Below, piece after piece: positions 36,138 to 45,442 of a DNA stretch of 64,000 nt (positions are counted from its first letter, which is position 1; each line of letters opens with the position of its first letter). This stretch comes from an uncultured Bacteroidales bacterium (GTDB lineage Bacteria > Bacteroidota > Bacteroidia > Bacteroidales > UBA10428): positions 9,749 to 73,748 of the forward strand of contig CAZFQS010000003.1 in NCBI GenBank assembly GCA_964521285.1, read 5' to 3'. Under the pieces are notes generated by a model. That model saw nothing but the letters and a program-made list of their open reading frames with translations. It did not search any database and was not told the DNA's origin. A program made the position numbers and the translations under genes.

Positions 36138-36218
36138 ACCATTAAAAATTAGTAGCTAATAATTAAGTAAATAAAGGATAAAATGACTATTGTTACCAAT
36201 TATTATATAAAATTCAGG

Positions 36219-36638
36219 ATGAAAACAATATTCTTATTAATCATATTATCTTTTTTACTTCCAGATATTATATACGGACAGGATAATAAAAATGAACTCA
36301 GCCTGGTTGTTAAAAACATCAGGAATGATGAAGGATTAGTAGCAGTGCAACTCCTCAATGAAGAGGAGGAGGTAATTGAAGCCAGGTATATATCTATAAA
36401 GGATAAAGCTGCTTTTACAATATTCAATGATGTATATCATGGAAAATATGCCATAAGGATCTTTCATGATGTAAATCAGAACGAAAAAATGGATTTTAAC
36501 TGGATAGGAATACCAAAAGAGGGATATGGCTTTTCAGGTAATCCAAAAATAACTTTCGGACCTCCTGATATTAAAGAATTTCTGTTTCAAGTTGATGCTG
36601 ACAAAGAGATAATAATAAATATGGTTTATTTTCTATGA
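36219..36638 (+). CDS. DUF2141 domain-containing secreted protein
   Basis: Signal peptide. NIRNDEGLVAVQL...NQNEKMDFNWIGIPKEGYGFSGNP is typical of DUF2141. The ATG at 36219 is preferred. Confidence 0.7.
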   Translation: MKTIFLLIILSFLLPDIIYGQDNKNELSLVVKNIRNDEGLVAVQLLNEEEEVIEARYISIKDKAAFTIFNDVYHGKYAIRIFHDVNQNEKMDFNWIGIPKEGYGFSGNPKITFGPPDIKEFLFQVDADKEIIINMVYFL

Positions 36639-36667
36639 ACCAAATTTTATATCGAAGAATTAGCTGA

Positions 36668-37663
36668 TTAATAGCCTAAGCCTTTGAATCTCTCCTTGTA
36701 GCTGTCAGGGACCGATGTCTCTATACTTTTATAATCTTCCAGGAAATCCCTGACAAGCCGAAAAAATCTATCCTGTGCATCGATAAACATAAAATGCCCT
36801 GCATCCTCCATAATTACGAGTTTTGACGATTGTATTTGTTTATGTACTTTATAAGCACCTTCACCCGGAAAGGGATCGTATGTGCCATGAATTATCAGAG
36901 CAGGACACTTTATAGCTGACAATTCATTATAAATATCAAAGTCTGAGAGGTCGTCCATCAATAATTTACCTATACCAGCCTGATTTTTTAGGGTGTTCTT
37001 TCCAAAAGTCAGATCAACCTCATTTACCAGTGATGTATCCTTAAAAAAAGGTTTTAATATTAACCGCCAGTATTTTTGCACTACCTCGGCCTCCTGGTTT
37101 TTAAAAGATTCCAGCTTTTCTATTTCTCCCAGTGTCTTCCGGTCATCTTCTGTGGTCCTGGACTGTAAATTAAGAAAGTATTCATTGAAATGTTCTTTAT
37201 TTGCCCCTCCTGTACCGGCAATGATTAATGATTTAAGATTACCGGGATATTTTATGCCATAATACATTGCCAGGGTAGCACCCCATGAAAAACCAATAAG
37301 ATTAATTTTCCCTAGTTTTAAGTGACTGCGCAATCCTTCCAAATCCTCTACAAAATTATTTATAGTTATTGAAGCAGGATCTGTTGCTCCGGAAGAATTA
37401 CCTGAAGCACGCTGATCATAGTATATAACCTGAAACTCATCTGCCAGCTCATTAAACTGAATTACACTGTTATGGTCAGAACCCGGTCCACCGTGCAGAA
37501 CAACTACTGGTTCGCCTTTACCAATAATTTTATAATAAAGACTTATATTATTAACATTAACAAAGCCCTCTTTTATATTTTCTGAAGTGTTCATAACACA
37601 ACCCATAAATAAAATTAAAAAGAAAATTTTTAAACTTAATAAAATGCCAGATTTTAGTATCAT
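36668..37663 (-). CDS. alpha/beta hydrolase (proline iminopeptidase-like), secreted
   Basis: HGGPGS oxyanion motif, GFSWGA nucleophile elbow, distal His (DAGHFMF). The ATG at 37663 is preferred over the TTG at 37690. Confidence 0.75.
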   Translation of the reverse strand: MILKSGILLSLKIFFLILFMGCVMNTSENIKEGFVNVNNISLYYKIIGKGEPVVVLHGGPGSDHNSVIQFNELADEFQVIYYDQRASGNSSGATDPASITINNFVEDLEGLRSHLKLGKINLIGFSWGATLAMYYGIKYPGNLKSLIIAGTGGANKEHFNEYFLNLQSRTTEDDRKTLGEIEKLESFKNQEAEVVQKYWRLILKPFFKDTSLVNEVDLTFGKNTLKNQAGIGKLLMDDLSDFDIYNELSAIKCPALIIHGTYDPFPGEGAYKVHKQIQSSKLVIMEDAGHFMFIDAQDRFFRLVRDFLEDYKSIETSVPDSYKERFKGLGY

Positions 37664-38047
37664 ATATTTTATTTTTTCAAAATTTCTCAATGATCTTCAG
37701 AAATAATTTTTCAAAATTTTTTTCTTTATTTCTCATAATAAATATGAATTTAATATTGATATTATGTATTGAGAGTACTTATAATTATTAATTATCCATT
37801 ATTAATTTTATCCGGACAGATCGTTTTAGGGTGATTACTTTAATTATAAACAGGAAATATTATTTAAACGTATTTACTTAATACAATCTGCAATAAATCT
37901 AGTCTTATATTTATTTATTTTGGAACAGGATCCTGTAAAAGTATCACATATATTTTTTTGTTTTTTAAAATATGAATTAATTAATTCAGGATTTAGTAAA
38001 AGATATATTACATTTATCGATTAATTATAAATAAAAAATAGCAGTCT

Positions 38048-39520
38048 ATGCAATTTACAGTAACCAGAAAGGACGTTAGATTTTATCCGGATCCGACCAG
38101 GGTTATCGCCCGCTTTTTTTATTATACTGACGAAAGAAGCATAAATATAATCCACATGGTACTGGCTATGACAGAAGATGAGGTGAAAACAGCATTGAGC
38201 CAGGTTCTGAGAGGTTATTCCACACGTCATAGAAATATTTCAAAGATATTCGAAAAACATTTCAATAAATTGAATACATTGTTTAAAGAACTGGACATTA
38301 ATCCGGATGATCTTGATGTCTCAAGAAAAGTGCTTATTGGGTCCTATTTTACAATGGAATATTCAATTGAGTCAGCAGCCTTTTTTAATCCATCTATTGT
38401 AGAACATCCTGATCAAACAGAATTAATGCCAGGGAAAAAAAGAGTTATTGTAAGTTTCAGGGCAACAGGAGAGGGCCATATTTCCTCAATTGTTTTCCGT
38501 CTCGGTATTATTGATAATGATTATAATCTGCTCTTTGAACCTGTTGGCAGTATGTTGGATGAGCCTGAGTATATCAAAAGGCATATTTACCATAAAGAAA
38601 CCTTTATAAGCAAGCTGAATGAAATGCAGTATTTTGATAACTCTTTTTCTCCAGCCTTTGTATTAGAAAAACTAGGTGATAACTTTACTTATGGTGAACT
38701 AAAAAGGTGTGTAGATGAAACAAGGGGAAAAATTCAATTTTCTGCAACTAAAGAATTGCTCCTTAATCAAATAATGTGGCTGGCTTCATCACATTATGAA
38801 ATCGAATTTTCCCTGGACACAGCCCTCTCCGAAAGAGTTATTTTCCCTATCTCCGAAACTGAAAAAAATGGCATTGAAGACGCACGTTTTGTTAGATTCA
38901 CAGATGATGACGGTGAGGTAACTTATTATGCTACTTATACTGCTTATGATGGCATGACCATCTTGCCGAAGTTAATTGAAACCAAGTCTTTCTACAATTT
39001 TAAAGTATTGCCCATTCATGGTGAAATTGCAAAAAATAAAGGGATGGCATTGTTCCCCAGGAAGATAAAAGGGAAATATGCCATGCTCTGCAGAATAGAT
39101 GGAGTAAATAATTATATTGCCTTTTCAGATAATATCAATATTTGGCGGAATGCCAAACTCATTCAGGAACCAAAATATCACTGGGAACTAATTCAAATAG
39201 GAAATTGCGGTTCTCCAATTGAGACTGAAGAAGGCTGGTTGGTTATAACCCATGCAGTGGGGCAAATGAGGGAGTATGTCCTGGGCGCCAGTCTTTATGA
39301 ACTTAATAATCCTGAAAAAGAAATTGGCAGGTTAAAGACCCCATTATTGGTGCCAAATGCAGAAGAAAGAGAAGGATATGTACCTAATGTAATTTATTCA
39401 TGCGGCTCGATTATTCATAATGATAAGCTGATTATTCCGTATGCCATGTCAGACTATGCTTCTACTTATGCATGCATTAATTTAAGGGAACTTTTAAATG
39501 AGCTTAAGAATCCCAAATAA
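38048..39520 (+). CDS. GH130-like glycosidase/phosphorylase with a ~260-aa N-terminal extension
   Basis: The C-terminal half has GIEDARFVRF, FPRKIKGKYAMLCR, GNCGSPIET and YVPNVIYSCG, which is GH130-like. Confidence 0.65.
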   Translation: MQFTVTRKDVRFYPDPTRVIARFFYYTDERSINIIHMVLAMTEDEVKTALSQVLRGYSTRHRNISKIFEKHFNKLNTLFKELDINPDDLDVSRKVLIGSYFTMEYSIESAAFFNPSIVEHPDQTELMPGKKRVIVSFRATGEGHISSIVFRLGIIDNDYNLLFEPVGSMLDEPEYIKRHIYHKETFISKLNEMQYFDNSFSPAFVLEKLGDNFTYGELKRCVDETRGKIQFSATKELLLNQIMWLASSHYEIEFSLDTALSERVIFPISETEKNGIEDARFVRFTDDDGEVTYYATYTAYDGMTILPKLIETKSFYNFKVLPIHGEIAKNKGMALFPRKIKGKYAMLCRIDGVNNYIAFSDNINIWRNAKLIQEPKYHWELIQIGNCGSPIETEEGWLVITHAVGQMREYVLGASLYELNNPEKEIGRLKTPLLVPNAEEREGYVPNVIYSCGSIIHNDKLIIPYAMSDYASTYACINLRELLNELKNPK

Positions 39521-39573
39521 TTAAATAAATATTGAAACACGAATCCTGATACTCGATGTTTACCCTATTACCA

Positions 39574-40581
39574 CTAACTTAAAACACTTTTATAGACTTC
39601 GAGGTATCCTTCAGTCATTTTTTGGCGGGTAAATTTTGAGGTAGCCCACTCCATGCAATGTTTTCTATTAATGAATCGGACAGCATTTACAGCCTCCACG
39701 GCCTCATGAATGTTTTGTACAAGAAAACCGGTCTTCCCATGAAGGATTAATTCTGCCATAGATCCCCTGTTATATGCAATAACAGGTGTTCCACAGACCA
39801 TAGACTCAATAACGCTTAATCCGAAAGGTTCCTCAAAACTTATTGGATGTAAAAGTGCATATGCCTCACCCAGGAGTTTATCCCGTTTTTCTGGCCCGGA
39901 ATTGCCAACATAAACAATATCATCATCATTAATGAAGGCTTTAATCTTATTGTTAAAATAATCCTGATCTTGAATAAGACCCGAAATAATTAATTTTCTT
40001 TGCGACTGTTTGGCAATTTGAATGGATTCATGAGTTCCCTTTTCGGGGTGAATCCTGCCGAAATAGAGCAAATAATCTTCAGGAACCTGTCGGTATGTAA
40101 ATTCATTGGTATTAATACCATTATAAACGGTAGCAATGTAATTAAGTTCAGGGCTGCGGTCCGAATCACTAATAGAAACGTAAAAACCGGTATTATTATA
40201 TTTTTTATAAACAGGAAGTATTTTTGGAGAAGAAAAACCATGGATAGTGGTTACCATGGGTGTTTTGATTAAACATGAGTAGGTTAGCGGAAGAAAATCA
40301 AAATTATTGTGGATCAAATCGAATTTATCTGCCTTTTCCATCATATGGCTGATATGTAGACATTCCCATACTTTGGGATCAAGCTCAGTGTATTCTGAAT
40401 AGGGATGTTCACATATAGACTCCAATTTGCCTGTTGTAATGGAATCCCCGGTAGCAAATAATGTTACATCAATTCCCTTTTCAACTAGTCCTTCAGCAAT
40501 ATTTGAAGCTACTTGTTCCCATGGCCCGTACATTCTGGGAGGAGTTCTCCAGGCAACCGGAGACAATACTGCAACTTTCAT
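39574..40581 (-). CDS. glycosyltransferase family 4 (GT-B)
   Basis: MKVAVLSPVAWRTPPRMYGPWEQV N-terminus. The E(x7)E-like region is EEPFGLSVIESMVCGTPVIA. Confidence 0.8.
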   Translation of the reverse strand: MKVAVLSPVAWRTPPRMYGPWEQVASNIAEGLVEKGIDVTLFATGDSITTGKLESICEHPYSEYTELDPKVWECLHISHMMEKADKFDLIHNNFDFLPLTYSCLIKTPMVTTIHGFSSPKILPVYKKYNNTGFYVSISDSDRSPELNYIATVYNGINTNEFTYRQVPEDYLLYFGRIHPEKGTHESIQIAKQSQRKLIISGLIQDQDYFNNKIKAFINDDDIVYVGNSGPEKRDKLLGEAYALLHPISFEEPFGLSVIESMVCGTPVIAYNRGSMAELILHGKTGFLVQNIHEAVEAVNAVRFINRKHCMEWATSKFTRQKMTEGYLEVYKSVLS

Positions 40582-40582
40582 T

Positions 40583-41509
40583 CTATAATGGTTTTCGTGA
40601 GTTCTTAAAACAATGGTTAACCAGATCGTCTAAATTCGCTGTTCCCACGCACATTACTTTATCAGCACCGCCCCAGTATATTTTAACACTGCCATCATCT
40701 TCAGGAACAGCACCACAGGTAAATACTACATTATGGACGTAACCTGTGATTTCATATACTTCCTCCGGTTGTAAAATCCATTCATCGCCAACAGCAATAA
40801 TTTTTGAAGGATCCTGAAGATCATGCAATGCTACACCTAACCTGTAAACACTTCCATCCATAGTGGAAAATACTCCATGATAAATGTTTAACCAGCCACG
40901 GGAAGTTTTAATAGGGGGAGCCCCAGGTCCTATCTTCATTCCATCCCAATGATATTGTGCAGGTTTCATAACCAACCTGGATTCTCCCCAAAACCTGAGA
41001 TCCGGAGAATAAGAAATCCAGATTGACCAGGGAGATATTTCAGAATGAGGCCGGTCAAGCCGTGCATATAACCCCATAAATTTTTCAGGGAAGATTACGA
41101 TATTTCGGTAATCGGCTTCTGTGATAAGTGAAAATCGGTCAATTGATTTGAAATCCCTGGTTTTTGCAAGCCCTATCCGCACTCCATGCCTGGAATAGGC
41201 ACTATATGTAATCAGGTATTCGCCTTCAAGGAAAATAATTCTGGGGTCCTCAACACCATACTCCTCATATTCCTTGAAAATACCATCAACAGCAGGTGTC
41301 ATAAAAGGTTTTTTATGTACTCTAAAATTATAGCCATCGTCACTTTCTGCCAAACCCAGTATACTTCTTCCATTGAGTCTATGGGAACGGAAAATCATCA
41401 TGTACCTGTTATTGAATTTTACAACCCCTGCATTATGCACGGTAGCAACAGGGTATGGTACATCATCCTTTGTAAGGATTGGATTTTTATTATATCTTTT
41501 TATCAGCAT
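40583..41509 (-). CDS. GH130 family beta-mannoside phosphorylase/glycosidase-like protein
   Basis: YNKNPILT, VHNAGVVKFN, GVEDPRI, GPGAPPIKT and YWGGADKVMC are collinear with GH130. Confidence 0.75.
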   Translation of the reverse strand: MLIKRYNKNPILTKDDVPYPVATVHNAGVVKFNNRYMMIFRSHRLNGRSILGLAESDDGYNFRVHKKPFMTPAVDGIFKEYEEYGVEDPRIIFLEGEYLITYSAYSRHGVRIGLAKTRDFKSIDRFSLITEADYRNIVIFPEKFMGLYARLDRPHSEISPWSIWISYSPDLRFWGESRLVMKPAQYHWDGMKIGPGAPPIKTSRGWLNIYHGVFSTMDGSVYRLGVALHDLQDPSKIIAVGDEWILQPEEVYEITGYVHNVVFTCGAVPEDDGSVKIYWGGADKVMCVGTANLDDLVNHCFKNSRKPL

Positions 41510-41514
41510 ATTAC

Positions 41515-43749
41515 TTAATCGGTTTTATACCATTCTTCAAATGCCTGCAGGACTGTTAAATGAGAAATTAAATATGCCAGTGAACTTTCGGCACCCTGAT
41601 TACGATTTACACCATAGCTTTCAAGTCCATCACAACAACCCATGGTTTCAAAATCGTATAAATTTATTCTGAGATCATTTTCACCCAGAAACCACATAAA
41701 GGAAGTAAATAATTTATTCAGGTATTCTTTATCTTTTGTTAAATGAAAAGCCTGATGAAACATCAAAACCATAGCCTGCGTATCCACTGGTTGCTGAGCA
41801 TACATGGATTGCTCACCACCTTTTTTATGCCAATTTTCGTTACCGATGACGGATAAATAGTCCTCTTTAAGTGAAATCCCTGCTAAGAAACTCATTGTTT
41901 CCAAGGCAGTCACAGTTATTTTATCATCGTTTAATATTTCAGAGGAATGTAAAAGAGCGAGTGGTAACATACCATTATCGTAAGCTAACAATGGCTCAAA
42001 CCATTTCCAGTCAGGTGAGCTATTTTCTTCATAATGAAGGATTAGCTTATAGGCAAGATTTCTTAATCTTTCCTTCATTAATTCATCGTCCATATTACTT
42101 CTAAGGTAATAGCTGATACCTACCATTGTATTGGCAATACCTCTAATAGACTGAAGTTTTTCAAAATTTGGGGATGCATTAAAGAATATTAATTTGCCGC
42201 TTTGGTAATAGGCGTCATTGGGGGCATTGTAAAGCAGGTATCCGAGAGCCCAAACAGCTCTTCCAAAGGAATCTTCCGAACCAACTGTATCGAGAAAGTT
42301 CCTGTTAAAGCTGAGAAAATTCCTGAATGTCCCGTCTTTGTTTTGCATATATTGTATATAGCTTAAATATATGGGAGATAATTTAAGAGCGAGAGTATTC
42401 TTTTTTTGCCGGTATGCCATTAAAACCATTAATAATGCCCGGGCATTATCATCAAGACAGTATCCTTCTTTAAGGTTTGGAATACCAAATTTTGCATGCT
42501 GGATTATCCCCGTGTCGTCAGTTAACCTTTCTATATGAACAAGAGAAAATGGCGGAAGAATAAGCGGATCTATAATCATTTCTTTTTTAACCGCCTCTTC
42601 CGGCTTCTCATTTAGCATTTTCTCACTAAGTGCAATATACTTCACCCCTATTTTTGGCCAGGTAATTTTTCTGCCATAATCATACGCTTTTTGTCTAAGG
42701 TTTTTTAATAAATCCGGCTTGTCTAACAATTCCATAAGAATCTTTGAAAGTTCTTTAGAATCATCAAAGTTAAAAAGCCGGCCTCGTCCTTCTGCCAATA
42801 ATTCCTGAGCATGCCAGTAAGGAGTTGAAATACCAGCCGATCCCACACCTACAGCATATGAAAGTGTACCACTTGTAACCTGGGCTTCATTCAAGTAAGG
42901 AGTAATATAAATATCAGCAGCAGATAGGTATTTAAACAATTCTTTTTGACTAATGAATTCATTCAGGAAAAATGTATGTTTTTCCATTTTGAGGCTTTTG
43001 ATTAACAGCTGAAGGTAATTACGATATTCTTCACCGGAATGCCGAAGTACATTTGGGTGAGTTTTTCCCAGAATTAAATAAAGAACCTCAGGAAATTTTT
43101 CTACAACTTTTGGTAATGCTTTTATTACCGTCTCAATACCTTTATTCCTGCTTAAAAAACCAAAGGTAACCAAGACTTTTTTATTTTCGAGTTTGAACTC
43201 CTTTTTAGATTGTTCCTGGTTAAACTGGATATCGGGCACACCATGTTCTATAAAAATAATTTTTTCTTTTTGTATATTATAAATAATTGTAAGAAACTCA
43301 ATCGCTTTGTTGCTCATTAAAACTATCTTATTAGCCATTTTACAAATCTCCTGTATGACGGCTTTTTCGTTGTATGAGGGATCCTTGACAACTGTGTGAA
43401 GGGTTACGATAAAAGGAATTTCAAGCCTGTGAAGTAAAGGAAGTATATAAATACCACTCTGCCCGCCAAAAATACCAAATTCATGTTCCAGTATACATAG
43501 GTCTGCTCCGCTGATATTAATGAATTTCGCTGCCTTTATATAGTCCCGCTGATGCTCCTGTCTGATTGTTAACTTTACTTCCCCGGGATAATCATAGGTT
43601 TGCTCATAATCATCCATGGCGATAACAAATCTTTCGATAGGATCCCCTTTTACTCCATTATTGTTAACCATGGATTTGAGTAAGTTCCTGGTAAAGGTTC
43701 CAATACCACACTCCCTGGGGGGATATGTTCCAATATACGCAATTTTCAT
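41515..43749 (-). CDS. GT4 glycosyltransferase fused to a C-terminal helical (six-hairpin-like) domain
   Basis: The N-terminal ~380 aa are GT-B-like (MKIAYIGTYPPRECGIGTF...). The C-terminal ~360 aa are an alpha-helical repeat region (DDNARALLMVLMAY...). Confidence 0.7.
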   Translation of the reverse strand: MKIAYIGTYPPRECGIGTFTRNLLKSMVNNNGVKGDPIERFVIAMDDYEQTYDYPGEVKLTIRQEHQRDYIKAAKFINISGADLCILEHEFGIFGGQSGIYILPLLHRLEIPFIVTLHTVVKDPSYNEKAVIQEICKMANKIVLMSNKAIEFLTIIYNIQKEKIIFIEHGVPDIQFNQEQSKKEFKLENKKVLVTFGFLSRNKGIETVIKALPKVVEKFPEVLYLILGKTHPNVLRHSGEEYRNYLQLLIKSLKMEKHTFFLNEFISQKELFKYLSAADIYITPYLNEAQVTSGTLSYAVGVGSAGISTPYWHAQELLAEGRGRLFNFDDSKELSKILMELLDKPDLLKNLRQKAYDYGRKITWPKIGVKYIALSEKMLNEKPEEAVKKEMIIDPLILPPFSLVHIERLTDDTGIIQHAKFGIPNLKEGYCLDDNARALLMVLMAYRQKKNTLALKLSPIYLSYIQYMQNKDGTFRNFLSFNRNFLDTVGSEDSFGRAVWALGYLLYNAPNDAYYQSGKLIFFNASPNFEKLQSIRGIANTMVGISYYLRSNMDDELMKERLRNLAYKLILHYEENSSPDWKWFEPLLAYDNGMLPLALLHSSEILNDDKITVTALETMSFLAGISLKEDYLSVIGNENWHKKGGEQSMYAQQPVDTQAMVLMFHQAFHLTKDKEYLNKLFTSFMWFLGENDLRINLYDFETMGCCDGLESYGVNRNQGAESSLAYLISHLTVLQAFEEWYKTD

Positions 43750-44203
43750 AATTATGGGGATTAAACTTGGAAAAAATAAGAAATGATTGTTGCGGTATAA
43801 AACTTTTATAAAGATAATCTAAATTCGTGTCTTTTATACATTTTATTGTTTATTCTTAATAGAGATATGAGTTTATTCATCATTTGAAACAAGACTAATA
43901 ATTCTTTTTTTCTTTTATATTTAACTGACATAATTCATGTTGTTTTGTAATTTAAGGTACTAACTGTAATACCCGGAAATTTTTAATAAGCTTATCATGA
44001 ACCGCATTGAAAGGATATCTTCAATTTTAATTTTGCTGCAGGCCAAAAAAATTATCTCGACCGTCCAAAATATTATTAAGGATTTGTTGATGAAAAAATA
44101 TAGGTAACCAGGTTGAAATGTATTTTCTGGTCGATTCTTTATCATATATAGGCAGATGGCTTTTAATGCACGGCAGCAATGAAAAAATAATAAAACCTGA
44201 TAG

Positions 44204-44536
44204 TCTGAAAACCATAATGAAAATTTCGATAGTGTTTTCTCTAACGCCACATTACATGAACTGGCAGATCCTGTTAAGACACTTAATGAAGTTTACAGGG
44301 TTCTTAAACCAGGTGGTAAATATTATATAAGTGATCTCAGAAGAGATATGAATCCTGTTATCAGGTATTTCATGAAGAAAAGTACAAAATCCACGGAACT
44401 TGTATCAGGACTAATATCCTCGATAAATGCTTCCTATACAAAAAGGGAAACAGAAGATCTTTTTGTTAATACAGATTTAAAATTATATAAGATTACAATA
44501 AATCCTTTTAGTATTTTTGTAAAGGGAATAAAATAA
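44204..44536 (+). pseudogene. 3' fragment of a class I SAM-dependent methyltransferase (Methyltransf_11-like), N-terminal SAM-binding half missing
   Basis: Own translation in the frame of ORF 44348: SENHNENFDSVFSNATLHELADPVKTLNEVYRVLKPGGKYYISDLRRDMNPV... It starts directly after an in-frame TAG. Confidence 0.55.
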
Positions 44537-44594
44537 TAACTGGCAGATAATAAAAGTATTTATCCGCAGAATATAAAATTAAATCCAAAGTAAA

Positions 44595-45308
44595 ATGAAA
44601 ACAATCGGACTCATAGGAGGAACAGGATATATCTCTACAATTGAATACTATAAGATTATAAACGAGACAATAAATATGAAATTAGGCGGACTCAATTTTG
44701 CCAGGTGTGTTTTATACTCTTTTAATTACGGAGAGATTGATGAGCTTAATAAACAGGATGATATGCAGAGTATTTATAAGCTTCTGCTAAATGCAGCAAA
44801 TAAAGTAATTGATGCCGGTGCAGAATTTATCCTGCTATGTGCAAATACATTGCATTATTTCGCTGATGAACTGGAAAAGGATATACCAGTACCGTTAATA
44901 AATATTGCTTCGGCAACTGCAAAATATATAAAAAATAAACAAATAACGACAGTGGGATTACTTGGCACAAAACAGACTATGGAACAGGATTTTTACAAAT
45001 CAAAACTGACTGATAATGGAATTGAGGTTCTTATTCCTAACAATGATGAAAGAGAATTTATTCATAATACAATAATAAATGAGCTCCTTATAGGGAAATT
45101 CAGGAACGAATCAAGAGAAAAAATGATTGCTTTAATTAAAAGATTAAACAGGTTCGGGGCAAAAGGAATAGTTGTGGGCTGTACAGAAATCCCGCTGCTT
45201 ATCAGTCAGGAAGATACTGATATACCTTTATATAATACACTGCTTATACACTCTCTGGCGGCCGTGGATTTTGCCCTGGAAAGAAAATTACAGGGATATA
45301 ACGAATAG
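44595..45308 (+). CDS. aspartate/glutamate racemase family protein
   Basis: IGLIGGTG N-terminus. Two catalytic Cys contexts (LLCANTLH and VVGCTEIPLL). Confidence 0.8.
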   Translation: MKTIGLIGGTGYISTIEYYKIINETINMKLGGLNFARCVLYSFNYGEIDELNKQDDMQSIYKLLLNAANKVIDAGAEFILLCANTLHYFADELEKDIPVPLINIASATAKYIKNKQITTVGLLGTKQTMEQDFYKSKLTDNGIEVLIPNNDEREFIHNTIINELLIGKFRNESREKMIALIKRLNRFGAKGIVVGCTEIPLLISQEDTDIPLYNTLLIHSLAAVDFALERKLQGYNE

Positions 45309-45442
45309 TTATATATCTTTTAACAATTGCGTATTATCTTTTGATAAAAAACAGGTTTCTGAACAGAGATTATTCACATATTATTTAAGTTGTGAAATCA
45401 CCGTGCAATTTAGCGGGAATTGATTTAATGTACTTGTATTTA

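Noticed and set aside
43960-44250. 96-aa and 62-aa minus-strand ORFs in the 43.75-44.6 kb gap
   Set aside because: Low-complexity hydrophobic translations with no motifs. They overlap the better-supported plus-strand methyltransferase remnant.
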